The notes: a model not told the origin generated them from the sequence alone. 63,687 nt of DNA, filler included, from Octopus bimaculoides (GCF_001194135.2; 6 parts of 5 records of this genome joined end to end with filler, not necessarily neighbours in it); one strand, 5' to 3'. Positions 1 through 13,700 are shown, numbered from the whole stretch's first letter. Translations and numbers: made by a program.

Positions 1-67
1 CACTAAGTATGGAAAACAAATAAATTTTGGAAAAGGGGAGAAGAATATTCTCCTCCTCCTCATCCTC

Positions 68-164
68 CTTCTTCTTCTTCTTCTTCTTCTTCTTCTTCTT
101 CTTCTTCTTCTTCTTCTTCTTCTTCTTCTTCTTCTTCTTCTTCTTCTTCTTCTTCTTCTTCTTC
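68..164. repeat. (TTC)n microsatellite
   Basis: Uninterrupted TTC run; it generates the poly-F ORF at 27-287. Confidence 0.98.
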
Positions 165-335
165 ATCTTTTCCTGTGTCAAGAATTCACATCGACCTCGA
201 ACCCACAAGAGTAACCAAGAGAGACAGAGACAGGCAGAAACAAGGAAAATGCCCCTTGTTTTTGAATACTATGTAAATATTCTTTAAAAACAACTTTTCT
301 TTTAAATTTTCCAAAATTTAATTGCTTTTCATACT

Positions 336-375
336 TACACTTGAAAAGGTCTCAATGACTGAAACCGGTACTGAC
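336..375 (+). ncRNA. Degenerate Penelope-type minimal hammerhead ribozyme relic
   Basis: TTGAAAA (decayed CTGANGA), stem II GGTC/TCAAT/GACT, GAAA, palindromic CCGG, TA cleavage site. Stem I and the 5' core are mutated. Confidence 0.45.
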
Positions 376-1133
376 ATTCCTCAGCAAATCGATTAATATT
401 AGACACTTATTCTTTTCAGTACACAGTGTCTGAATTGAATCCTTTCATTTGAATTTTCATGATTTTGCAACTGCAAAGAAACATGACAATCAATTAAAAT
501 ATATTATCTGGGCAAACATATGTAGTTCCAATACTCATCTCTCAGATGCTCTGAAATGTTTTTTACGTATGATTTCTGGTAATTTTAACAACCCTACCCA
601 GTTAACCGGTTAACCCACACAACATTTATCACGCAGGAACCTGCATCCCAGGAGCGATAAACCACTGGCCTGTCCATTTTATGTGCAACCATCTGGTGGC
701 TGTCTGTAAAATTCAGTAATAAAACCTACAGTGATTATCTTTGTCGCTCATTTAACAACCCACCCGCTTAGGAATTTGCGCACAAAAGTCATAAACTTCT
801 CACTACTAGGTTCATTTAACGTTGATTTAATTAACTTCTCAAATCAAATCACAAATTAAATGACATCCTTAACTTGCTTTCCATTATATGTATATTCCTC
901 TGGTCTTCCTTCGCATGCTGTACAATTCTGTGAAATTTCATTAGTTGTGACCTTGTAGCTTTTAATGGAAAGCTAACTATTTTCCTTCATCTTCTTATTG
1001 TTATTTTTCGTTTCATCTTTTATGTGAAACCCTACAGAAACTGCTGACTGTCTTGTTATGTATCCTTCATCTATGCCACAATGGCAAATGAAGAAAATTA
1101 TTATCATCATTATTGTTGTTGATGTTATTATTG

Positions 1134-1210
1134 TCAAGGCGGCGAATTGAGAAAATCGCTCGCATACAGAACCAAAAGCTTAGTGGCATTTCGTCCGTCT
1201 TTAGTTCCTT
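1134..1210 (+). mobile_element. tRNA-derived SINE family A, 5' fragment
   Basis: GGCGGCGAATTG...GCTTAGTGGCATTTCGTCCGTCTTT matches the head of the copies at 1278 and 21917. Confidence 0.7.
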
Positions 1211-1217
1211 AATTGAA

Positions 1218-1249
<32 letters not shown>

Positions 1250-1277
1250 CATTGTTATTATTAGTGTTTCAGTGTCA

Positions 1278-1520
1278 AAGCGGTGACCTGGCAGAATCAT
1301 TAGCACGCCAGGCAAGATACTCTGCGTTATTTCCTCCATCCGTACACTGTGATTTCAAATCCCGCCGAGGTCTACTTTACCTTTTATCCTTTAGGGGTCG
1401 ATAAATTAGGTAGCAGTCAAGTACTGGGGTAGATTTCATCGATTATACTCCGCCCCACAACTTCCAGGCCTTGTGCTTATAGTAGAATGTATTATTATTA
1501 TTATTATCATTATTATTATT
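1278..1520 (+). mobile_element. tRNA-derived SINE family A with (ATT)n tail
   Basis: tRNA-like head (CTGGCAGAATC..., TTCAAATCCC B-box), central CTTTTATCCTTTAGGGGTCGATAAATTAGG block, 3' GGCCTTGTGCTTATAGTAG then ATT repeats. Multiple copies occur in the window. Confidence 0.85.
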
Positions 1521-3325
1521 GCCTTTACACAGCTTCTAACACGTCAGCTGTTCACTACTGGTGAACTAAGATAGCGCCTCTTATTTTTCGAGCACCTTCT
1601 TGAGTATTCGAGTGGTTCCAAGTAGTGCTGTTTTCTGCAAGTGCTCCACCCTTATAGCAGCCCTTATTTGTTCTACGTACTTTATTATTATTAGTAGTAA
1701 TAGTAGTAGTAGTCGTAGTATTAGTAGTAGCAGCAGCAGCAGCAGTAATTGTAGTAGTTGTTGTTGTTTTTGTTGTTGTTTTTGTTTGGGGGTTTTGTCT
1801 ATTGAGGAAGCAATGATAATTGATTTTATTTTCATCGAGATATTGTAAATGCTCTTTTGTGACGCAGACACGTAAAACTGCCAGAAAGCGATGAAGGGTG
1901 TCAATATCTCTTTCTGCCTAAAATGGCAGAAAGAGATATTGGAGGCCAAGGGAGAAAGAAAAGCAAAACGAAACAAAAATAAAAGTAAAAATATATTGAA
2001 AGCTTCTAAAGAACTATAAATGTCATCGATATTTCCAAACAAAATTCTATCGTTGGAATCCATCTTTCAATCTTCAAAACGCCAGACGGCAGAGGTAACC
2101 ATGCAAAAAGATGTGATATAGAAATTATTATTTGAATATTTTTTTTTTTTTAGTTTTTCAGTCTTTTTGTTTGTATTTCATGTGATTATGGGAAACATTC
2201 AACTCAACATATATGTCAATAGAAAAGCATTTTCTGTTGTAAATTTATTAAAAAAATAGGAAAAATTTAAGAAAATATAGTAGATTGAAGAGAAGAACGA
2301 AATCAAACGAATATTACATGTATAAATCCAAAACAAAATACCTTCCTTTCCATTGTTGGGTGCCTTTCAAATTTTCTATTCACCATGCCAACCCAATTTA
2401 TATTTTATACTACATAATTCCTGTTCACTACACTTTTCACCTTGATCTTATACAAAAGTCACTTTTTTCTTTTGTAAATAAAAATAAAGGCTGTCGCGTG
2501 AACAATAAACGACGAACAAGGAAATTGTTCTGACTCAATCTGAAACTTAAAACGATAAAAAGAGAAAATTGAAAGATAGCAGAAATAAAAAATGGAAACC
2601 AAACTTCCAATCAGCAAACTTCAATGAGAATGCGTTAATTTTTTTTAAGAGCCAAGAATTGTTAGGGCAAGTATGGAAGAATATATATTGAGCGTCCACA
2701 ACGAAATTATTCACTCAGCAAACAGATCATCTTTGCCCACGCTTTTTTCCTGCTCGCAGCAAATAATTCCCTATTTTATATCGTATATGGTGACCATTAT
2801 CTTTGTTTCATTGGTTAAACGTTTCAAAAATGCGGATCAACTGTATTTTTAATGGCGAGAGTCAAAAATACTCCCTACAAAAAAGGCAGAACACACATTA
2901 ATGTTGTAATATCTGAACGCATTAAAGTCTTTCGCCTGTGCTTCAATGTTCACCGCAAATCCGTAAAAACTATGCATACCCATGTACACTTGGAAAGACA
3001 CACATTCACATATCTAAGTGTATCTATGTATATTCATCTATGTGCGCTACATAACGTTCAAAGGCATAAAGCTGTGGATTCTGCGTGAGAAGAAATTTTT
3101 TCATAGACATCTATGTTACGAACACAACCTTCATTGGAGCGAGATGAACATCGTAGAAGCAGTAACTCACCTGAACGCCATATGCGTTCCGCCTGTTCTT
3201 GCTTTTTCAATGAGGCGAACTTGCTAGTTACTTACAAAGGCGAAATCTTAATTCTACTAATATATACAAAACAATGAATATTATATCGCTTTTAAATTTA
3301 TACACACTGCCATCAACTTCGCGAG

Positions 3326-3495
3326 AGGGGTCAGTTGATTACATTGACCTCAATGCTAATTTGGTTCTTACTTTTTTGACGCTCAAATGATGAAAAGTAA
3401 AGACGACCTCGGCGGAATATAAACTCAGAAGGTAAAATCAGGTGAAATACCGCTAGGCATTTTGCTCGGCCTGTTATCGATTTTGCTAGCACTCC
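3326..3495 (-). mobile_element. SINE family A, diverged copy
   Basis: Reverse-complement match to family A (GACCTCGGCGGAATATAAACTCAGAA...ATACCGCTAGGCATTTTGC). Confidence 0.75.
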
Positions 3496-3717
3496 ACTTT
3501 AAAATCCAATAAATGTTATATTGTCTAATGTTGCGCAAAGCCTGCCGTATTACATTGAAAGGCATGATAATGTACCTGTTGTCTGGACCGAAAAATATCT
3601 TCATTGAGATACTGTTAAAAACACAAGTGTGTGCATGTGTGTGTGAGAGAGAGAGTGTGTTTGTGTGTTTGTTTGTGTGTCGGCGTAAGAAGACCATGAT
3701 CCCAGTAATACATATAT

Positions 3718-4345
3718 GCAGGTTGCGGTGAATAAACTGTCATCTAAATTGCGCAAAATGAAATTAACATTGACATCTCATCTCAACAAATATATTTAAC
3801 AAAATTACATAGAAATATCTTGAAATAATTAAAGAGTAAATTTATTCAATAAAATTGCTATTGGCTTCAACCATGGCGACCAGACGGACGACTTCGTAAT
3901 CTCCTGAAAAACTTCTGGGTCATCTCTTTCTTTAAGTTAGTGAATTCGGCCATAATCTTTGCCTTCAGTTCATCTTTGGTGTTATAATGGTATTTTGTTG
4001 GACTTTTGTTCAACTGTACCTCACACATAATAATCAAGGGGGTTGCGGTCTTGGAAGTTAGATGGTCAAATGTTAGGTGTGGCGTGGTCACAGAAATTGC
4101 GAGAGCAATGATTGTGTTGTGCTGCTTGTGTGGTTTGGTGCAGAATGCTCTTGCCAGACGTAGGGTTTCCAGAAGACAGTGTCTTGACCCAGAGAATCAC
4201 TAATTCCTCCAGGCACTTGATGTAGGCCACGGTTTTGAATCTGAGGTCGTGTGAGAAGATGAAGGGAGGCATAACGTCACCATCACTGGGGATCACTCCA
4301 AACACCAGGATGTTTACTAGATGTTTGATTTTAATCACACTCGGT
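3718..4345 (-). mobile_element. Tc1/mariner (maT/DD37D-like) transposase relic, C-terminal half plus terminus
   Basis: Minus frames give LVFGVIPSDGDVMPPFIF, WQEHSAPNHT, *PSNFQDRNPLDYYV*G (decayed WPPNSPDxNPLDYYVWG) and NTKDELKAKI, with stops and frameshifts. Confidence 0.85.
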
Positions 4346-4373
4346 ACATTCCTCAGAATAACACCCCTTACTG

Positions 4374-4415
<42 letters not shown>

Positions 4416-4427
4416 AGTGTGTGTATG

Positions 4428-4476
<49 letters not shown>

Positions 4477-7214
4477 GTGTGTGTGTGTATATGATAGGCT
4501 TCCACACAGTTTTGCAACCTATGAAGGAGTCTTCGTCTTCTTAGGAGATTAAGTAGACAATGAAATCGACCATAGTATTTATGTCTTAATTTACACGGTT
4601 TGGATGCTAAAATAATGTTTATTAGAAAATAAAAAAAGTATAAACATAAGCTGATGTTGAAAATGTTGACGTGCGTTTATTTACAAGAAGGAAGTCACCT
4701 GATCGGATTACTCTGCCACTGCCGCCGTCTTTGTTGTCTATATGAACTATGAGTAGCTTGAGCCTTAAGGTTTCTTTTAACACCTAGCCATACGATGTTA
4801 CTTTTAATCCTTAAGACTAGGTTTAACCTAAATTTTGACTATATCCACATATCGTACGATATTTGGATTAGCAAACTCACGCCATTGAATTGAAGTTCAC
4901 CAGTCCTATGACCCTGATTCCGACATCAGAGTAAAGATTTTGTAGTTTAATCCCTTAGTCAAAACTTCAATTTATTACCAAAATTTGAAGAATTTTCTTA
5001 GCCATGTCTGTGGAGCGTCTTCAACTATTTCGAAAACGTAATTTTTGATGACAATTTATTTTCTATCTAAAATAAATTTTATTAAATAAAGGATTGTAAT
5101 ATACTTTAAGTTAGTAGAAATCAATATCATTCAGATATTGATCATACAGAAACAGTTTCAAAGTTATTATGGATTGCAGATAATTTTAGGTCGATTGACT
5201 ACAATATGTAATTACGTATTTATGCTTATTTGTCATCTGAAAACAATGCTTTCATGTTTCTTATATGTACACAAGTAATTACCAGTTGCATATTGAGCTT
5301 CATGTCTTCGATCATACTTTGATTCCTTCTGGTAATTCATGAAATTTCTCTGATTTTCTGTTTTAAGTCAATGACTTCCCAGAAACTGCAGTTTGTCACA
5401 GAATATATGATGGAGTGTTTAAATATGTCCCTAGATGTCCTACGCAGTTAATAGAATTTATTTCATTAGTGTAGCGCACGGCATAGAAATATCAATAGCC
5501 AACACATTCGTGTACTTACTTTTGTTTTAATACTAGGAATTCTTATCGCATATATAACCAAATATACCTAGAACTAACATTTCTGAAAGATAGTTAAAAT
5601 ATTTGGCAATGTGACTCATCTCATTGGTTATTACCGATGCAACTTTTCACAGGATAGTCACAACGCTCATTTCCAATACTTTTTTCAAAAATTGACATTA
5701 AAATTAATGAGATACATATATAATTACTGATATACGATGAATGTGAGGGAAATTAGCGCACGTAATTGACAGGAACGCGTGAAAGACAACACCAAACTAG
5801 ACTTCATTGACAAGTCATAGCTACTGGCACTATTAATACTAAAATTTAACTCTAGTGCGTCGCTTCTTCGAATCTGAAAGGAATAAATTCAAGGTTCAGT
5901 TCTATATTTAATAATGAGGAATTATGTGCACTGTTTACATAATTTACATTTGACGGACATTTGTCCTCATCTTGTTTGTTGTTAACACACCGTTTCGACT
6001 AATAATATGGGGTTAGCCCGCGCTCTTAACCACTCCTCATTGGTAACTAGAATTATAATGATTAATATTCAGAAAAAATATGGCAAATATACAAAACTGA
6101 CAACTGTCTGTTTCTTATATTTATTTTAATGAATTGTGCAGATGATATTGTTTTCAAAAATAGAATATTATCACAATAATTACGGTGGAATACAGAGTAA
6201 ATTAGTACTGCCCCAGTGATCACAAAATATTTACTTTATAACTCTAGAACGATAAAAGGTCAGTTTGCTAACAATAGAATACAATCACAATACTTAAGAA
6301 GAGGACAGAGTCAATTATAACTACTGCAACGCTCACAAAATGTTCAACTTTCTTATCCTAGAAAGATTTGAATGGACAAGAGTATCAAAACTTGGCTGAT
6401 GGTATATCTGAAAGTGCAGTGTAATTTAAACATACACCAAAAGATTGTTGTCTTGTACACGTTTCACACCATTCCTTAGTATTTACCATATTCTTGACTA
6501 TTTTCCATCCTATTTCAAATTTCACCAACTTTAAAAAATGCGTAATAAATATGGTAAAATTTTGGCAATATAATATATGTGAGGTGGCCATGCGAACTGC
6601 GTAGAATATTTTATTATTTGTAAACAGTTCTCAGAGTTTTAGTTGGACATCGTTTATTACACGATATTCAAAGCGTACTTTTACATGAACGTACGTAATT
6701 TAATACATACAAATGTTACATAAAATAGAATTAAGAAAGAGAGCAGAAACACAAAGTTTGTAGCGTGTAAATATGAAGCAGGTAAGAAGGAGACATTCAC
6801 CAAAAGAATTATTGGCACTAGAAAATCTGTATTGGAGTTAAGATAATTCCTCTGAGAGAGAAAAAGATAAGGTATTTTGGTAGAGAATTCAACGTGAAGC
6901 GTATATCAAATTGTATACCATATATTAAATGATTGTAAACTTCAAATTCCCAGGCAATATTGGCAGTTGCGTTTCATACACGTTTATATATTATTACAAT
7001 AATGCCCTCGAGACGTTGTTTGACGTCGAAATAAAAGTTTTGGTGTACTAAACTCACAGATATAGGATCGTACACACATAAACACATACATGAGATACAT
7101 TTGTTGATACGTTTATTCAATATACAAAGTGGCACAAATGCAAATAATTTCAATTAACCGCGGCATTTGCACAAACTCTCATACATACAATCACTCACAA
7201 ACACACGTGTTCGC

Positions 7215-7278
7215 AAGAGAGAGAGAGAGAGTCTGAGAGAGAGAGAGCGTGAGAGAGAGAGGATGAGACAGAGAGTCT

Positions 7279-7310
<32 letters not shown>

Positions 7311-7345
7311 GAGAATGAAAGAGAGGGGAGAGATAAATGGAGGGA
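7215..7345. repeat. (GA)n-rich tract
   Basis: Degenerate GA repeat; a second tract lies at about 7648-7735. Confidence 0.9.
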
Positions 7346-9888
7346 GAGAAGGCAGACGACATGAATTAATGGATACACACATGTATACATACATACGTAG
7401 AAGCAAACATGCATGCATTCACACATGTATACACACGGACACATCCTAATTGTGTTCACTTATATAATTACCTACATTAGCCCAATTATACACTTACATG
7501 CATGCAAATATCTCTTTATCAATGTACGTCTGTAAAGCTGCATATGTGATATAATCCCAATGCAGAATGAATGAATATATTTCGTACTCCAGACGACGAG
7601 GGAATGCAACTCTCGAAGCGAGCTACTTAAAAACAGATTCAGCCGTATGAGAGAGAGAGAGAGAGATAGAGAGAGGGAGAGAGAGAGAGATAGGGGGAGG
7701 GACAAATAGAGGGAGGGAGAGAGAGGGAGAGAGTATCAGAGATGATGTATTTCGATGTGTATAAATGCATGTGCAAAACGTGTAAAGATACCGTGTCTTG
7801 ACGAATGAGGAAGAGAGTACTCAATACGCAAAGTTTTATATGCTTTATTGAATTCATTTATTTTGTAAAAAGTAGTGTTTAACGCAACAGCAATCGTCAG
7901 GTGCAAAAGCACTATTGTACGGCATTACTCTTTTCCGCATTCTTAGAGCTGTTTTCTCTTTGTCCATGGTTGTCTGTCTGTTTCTGGTTTTATGTTCCTT
8001 TTTATTAACAGGCTATTCGTATTTATCTCTTTCATTGGCAATGCCCTTTTCTAATGTTTCACTTTATGATTTCTATTTAGAGCATTTGCCATTCTACTAG
8101 TTCTTTAAATATTTTGTTGATTTTTGTGCATTTATTATAATATTTTAAGCTTATCTGCACAAATATTTTTTTTTTTACTTTTTGTGTGTAAAGTATGTAT
8201 TTTATGGTCGTATAATTGAGCATGTATTTTATTTTTGTCTTATTCACATTATTTGTATGAAAATGAAAGGGTTTTGTCTTATCTTATATTGGCTCGGCAG
8301 AATTTTATGCTATCACATGCATTATAATTGTGTTGATTGACTTTCTCACTCGTTTATGGGAAAGGCTACTTTTTTTTCGTCTTTGGTCTTGCATTTAGCT
8401 TTTGATAATGTGAGAGTCATTTCATTGTTATGGTCAGGTGCTTTTTAGTTTTGGTTCGGCTGTTGTGAATGCGATTTGCTATGTGCATAAAGGAAGTATT
8501 TACACGTATTTATGAGCGCACGTCAATTGAATTAACATTTTACGCTTCGAGTCCTGTGTATATTTTTTATATACGCATGAGTGATTTACATGTCTAGTAG
8601 TTTGTACCGATTCAATCTCAGTATTTGTAATTTATGTTGCATGCAATTTATTGGTGGGATAGGGTGGGGGCATGGGCTTCTATTGTTCATTTGACGCCAC
8701 TACGTTCTCTGCTTTCTCTGCTCATACCGTTCTAGTTACTAGTGGCTTGTTTGGTATCCAAGCTTCTTCCTGAAGACGAATTCATAGAAATAGGATTTCT
8801 CTGTTTATCAAGTCAACTCCTGGTGTGTTGTATCTTTTAGCGATATTTGGGAGCGTATTTCGTCAAAATTTATGAAAATACATGCACAGTCTTTATTTAT
8901 GATTTTATGTTTCGGTTCATTTTCATATCCTAAATACGCTTTATTTAGAAATTCATACTTTTTTTTTTCTGTTAATGTACACAAATAGCTGTGTGACATG
9001 TGTACACATGTTTCTGCGCAATTTAAAGATCTTCAAAGCTGTACTGATAAAATTCTTTTCTAGCTAAATTCCTCAGAATACATATTTACTTTTGTGCGGG
9101 TGTTGTACTCACGATCGCAAGACCGTCGCCCCGATTTCCAACCCGGGTGATGCCTTGTATTCTTCAACAAAATACTTTTCACATTATTTCGCAATGACTC
9201 CTGACGTGTGGCAGGCCGGGTATCTGCACAGACAATGTCGATTTGATGGAGGGTGTGAGCTATGCACAGCACAAGTATGTGAACACTATAAACACATCAC
9301 CAGCGCAGGTTTTTCAGCAAGAAATTGCAGAACCGTCTTCCTGAGATCAAGAGAGAGAATATCATTGTTACAATAATAAATATGAGACGCCCGATATTTG
9401 CTTTTACTGGTGGAGGTGTTTGATTATTTTGAGTTATACAGATCGAAGGTAGTTTATTGCAGAATGATTTTTATGCAACGATCTTAATCAGTGTTTTCAA
9501 AGCAGGCTCTCTGCTTCCCACGAAATACCCACTTTATCGTTGCCTGATCGTAGAAAAAATATAAAGGTTGATACATCATACAAAAAATAGTAGGTGAGGG
9601 GAGATATATGTACACCACACAACACACTCACTCACGAATACAAACACATACACACACACACATACACACACACACACACATACACACACACACACACATA
9701 CACACACACACACATACACNNNNNNNNNNNNNNNNNNNNNNNNNNNNNNNNNNNNNNNNNNNNNNNNNNNNNNNNNNNNNNNNNNNNNNNNNNNNNNNNN
9801 NNNNNNNNNNNNNNNNNNNNNNNNNNNNNNNNNNNNNNNNNNNNNNNNNNNNNNNNNNNNNNNNNNNNNNNNNNNNNNNNNNNNNNNN

Positions 9889-9921
<33 letters not shown>

Positions 9922-10943
9922 GACACCATGGTAAAATGCTAGTTTAACACGGGACATATAGGTTAGCATTAAACGGCACTATTTACATGTGTGTTTGTTT
10001 GTGAAAGGATCTTCGTTTCGAAAAGTGTAGACACATTGACCGATGTGATTTAATAAATTATTTTTGATTCGTATATCAAATACAACTCCGTTTTAAAATA
10101 AACTTGTATTACTCTCGACTGTGATCTACAGCAGATACAATTTAGAGATTAGTTTGTTTAAAAAATTACAGCCAAGTGTTTTTGAAGTGTTTTCTAATGT
10201 GTCAACTCAATGGTATCCTTAATATTATAAAAATAAAGTAAATGGCATTACACAGTAAAAAATCAGAAAATAAATTGCGTCAACAATAAATCGTATTAAT
10301 ATCACTTTGCAGTATTAAATATAATTTGTGTTTTATTTATGGTATGAAAGTATTGTAATCATATATGATTTACTGGACTAATTGATTTGGGTGATAGACA
10401 AGCACGAACTTATGGATATTACTAAGTGTGTTTAGCCAAAAATTTAAGCGTGACAACTTTTTACGTAATGTAAGTATATGAAAATACGAATATCAGGCTA
10501 TGTTGATGTGAAAAATGATTTCACTGTGTCCGAAATGTGTTGCACCTGATTTTATAATAGAAACACATTTTACGATGAAAATGTGACCGTTACATATCCA
10601 TGTGTGTATGTTTCTGGATATATGTAGGGTTATGCAATTGATAATGGTTAGTATGTCAGTGTAATACTATGGGTTATATATATATATATATATATATACG
10701 CACCCACACATATGTTTAAAATCTTTGACTTGTTTTACCTATCAGACTGCTGCCATGCTGGGGCACCGACTTCAGGAATGTTCGTACTTGTTCAATTGTT
10801 CTCCCCCGCCCGCCACGTTACGTGAACATAAATACACCACCGTCGACTATCAAACATAGACACAACGTTATACACAAACACATACACAAAAGCACAGACA
10901 TACACAAAAGCGCACACATATACACGCGTCTACATGTTTATAC

Positions 10944-11092
10944 GTCGGGCTTCTTTCATTTTGTGTCTACCAAATTCACTCACAGAGTTTGGTCTTCCTT
11001 CGGTTAGAGTGGAAGACACTTGCACAAGGTACCAATCAGCGGGAGTGAACACAGGACTCTGTGATTCTTGCCACACTGCCACACCCGCGTCT
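10944..11092 (-). mobile_element. tRNA-derived SINE family B
   Basis: Reverse complement of the 51726 family (GGGCTTCTTTC...CTACCAAATTCACTCAC...GAAGACACTTGC). Confidence 0.75.
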
Positions 11093-13579
11093 ATATACAG
11101 AGTCACGATTAATATATATATATATATATANNNNNNNNNNNNNNNNNNNNNNNNNNNNNNNNNNNNNNNNNNNNNNNNNNNNNNNNNNNNNNNNNNNNNN
11201 NNNNNNNNNNNNNNNNNNNNNNNNNNNNNNNNNNNNNNNNNNNNNNNNNNNNNNNNNNNNNNNNNNNNNNNNNNNNNNNNNNNNNNNNNNNNNNNNNNNN
11301 NNNNNNNNNNNNNNNNNNNNNNNNNNNNNNNNNNNNNNNNNNNNNNNNNNNNNNNNNNNNNNNNNNNNNNNNNNNNNNNNNNNNNNNNNNNNNNNNNNNN
11401 NNNNNNNNNNNNNNNNNNNNNNNNNNNNNNNNNNNNNNNNNNNNNNNNNNNNNNNNNNNNNNNNNNNNNNNNNNNNNNNNNNNNNNNNNNNNNNNNNNNN
11501 NNNNNNNNNNNNNNNNNNNNNNNNNNNNNNNNNNNNNNNNNNNNNNNNNNNNNNNNNNNNNNNNNNNNNNNNNNNNNNNNNNNNNNNNNNNNNNNNNNNN
11601 NNNNNNNNNNNNNNNNNNNNNNNNNNNNNNNNNNNNNNNNNNNNNNNNNNNNNNNNNNNNNNNNNNNNNNNNNNNNNNNNNNNNNNNNNNNNNNNNNNNN
11701 NNNNNNNNNNNNNNNNNNNNNNNNNNNNNNNNNNNNNNNNNNNNNNNNNNNNNNNNNNNNNNNNNNNNNNNNNNNNNNNNNNNNNNNNNNNNNNNNNNNN
11801 NNNNNNNNNNNNNNNNNNNNNNNNNNNNNNNNNNNNNNNNNNNNNNNNNNNNNNCGTATCCGGATTTCAGGGTTATTTCCCTTCGTCGGCGCCCGATAGC
11901 TGCTGACCTTGGCGAGAGAGACAAAAACCTGGCAATCTTATATCTTCTTTTCCAGTGAAATTCTTCACTGATATCGAAAAGGTGAAAACAAGCAATGTTA
12001 ATTCTCTAAATGAAGTATTAACAGTAACTGCACGATAAAGTGTAGTATATTGCCACTTAAGTGTGGCTGACCCCTAGGGGTGGATGTTACTGTTGCTTTT
12101 AGCCCCAGGAGGACATCTCCTCCAGCTGGCTTATCGACACACGACTGTGTCCTGGGGCTAAATTAAAGCAACATTCGTCCTATACCAGGTCTGTTATGTT
12201 GGCAAATGATCATTACTTTAGATCGTAGCTGCCTTAGCGTGAATAAAATAACAAGTTGCAGCGCTTCGCATGTGTGCTACATTTATAGAAATCGATAAAC
12301 AAATCATTGAATTGAATGCGCGAAAATTGCTCGTAGATTGCGCACATGAAGAAGCAAGCCCCTTCGTTTTGTCTGAGACAAAATATTGCCATTTAAGCGG
12401 TTCAACGTTTGCATAAAGATATATCGATATATCTTTTGGGCTGACCTGTAAACTTAATGGGAAGAGAAAAACTTTGCTTTGAATAACAAACACTAGTTAG
12501 TGAGGCTGACCAAGAAATCGCAGAAACAGTTAACAATGCCAGCCATATATACCAAATTATCTATGCAACCTTCAAGATAGCATGATACATTGAATAATGA
12601 GAGTCTGAATATATAAAAATCCAGCTTGTTCACACTCAAATTTTATTGACCATAACCATGATCACTCAGATATGGTTTAGTACTAAACAATAATAATAAC
12701 AATTAGAATTACAGTATCATATGCACATACATAGAAAGGGGTGAGATTTGTTTGTTCGCTCTCTTCTTCATTCGATAATGTTTTCAACAGGTCCTTGTAA
12801 TGGCCTATATCTATATTTAAAATTTTCTCATAAAATTAGCGTAAACCAATTTCGGAATCTGCTTGTATTTCTGTCCATCGTCTCCGTACGCCTAAATGTC
12901 CAGAAGGTATTCCCTGGAAGATATTGTTGCCTCTGGCATTCTCTTTCCTTCTCTATTTTTGTCTTTCTCTCTCTCTCTTCCGTAACGCGGTTATGAATTG
13001 ATTATTGTCCACCTATGAATATTCAATATATTGATCATGTGATATCAACTTATCACTATATTGATCTATTAAATCATTTTTCGGGGCGTTAGCTAATGAA
13101 GCATCAAGCGTAAACGAAGGCGTAATTATTGGATATCAAATTGATGAAGCTGTGCTGTTCATATCTCCCAATTGATATATTTCAGGTCAAATTTATCGAA
13201 TGTACCTTCATTAGCATTCTAATTTAAGCTCGTGTTTATGCGACAGAATAATTTTTAGGAATTACAAATTAGAATAGAGATATCGTCTTCTGTTATCGGA
13301 AAATAAAATTCAGAATTAGATTCTGTACACTCGATAACTCTGCATTGGAGCTGGAAGACATGTTTGCTGCAAAAACAATGACTAGTCATATTGTTGCTCC
13401 TATGTTACTTAGGTTGCTGCTGTTGATGATGATTGTGTTGATGAAGATGATGATGTTGATCACGATGTTGAGGAAGAGAATGATACCACAAATTATATTA
13501 CTGCTTACGTCCCTTGCAATATTGATAATACTATTTAATACCCTCAAAGATGGTGGATTGTTAGAAACTTTGTGTGCCA

Positions 13580-13700
13580 TAGAAAATGCCTCTGGGTATT
13601 TGTTCCAATTCTTCACGTTATCAGCTCAAATTCCGCCGTGCCTAAATGTGTCTCCATATCTCTGGGATCGATAAAATAAAGTAGCAGTCAAATCAGTCCC
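13580..13700 (+). mobile_element. SINE family A fragment
   Basis: TTCACGTT...CTCAAATTCCGCCG...GATCGATAAAATAAAGTAGCAG. Confidence 0.6.

Noticed and set aside
1581-2063. 160-aa minus ORF starting MDSNDRILFGNIDDIY (DH-domain-like phrase)
   Set aside because: The similarity is limited to about 8 residues, the rest is low complexity, and no supporting splice sites were seen.
8770-8795. CTGAAGA...GAAA as a hammerhead
   Set aside because: No stem I or stem II pairing.
13345-13674. 109-aa hydrophobic ORF
   Set aside because: It is a decayed GAT/GTT repeat running into a SINE.
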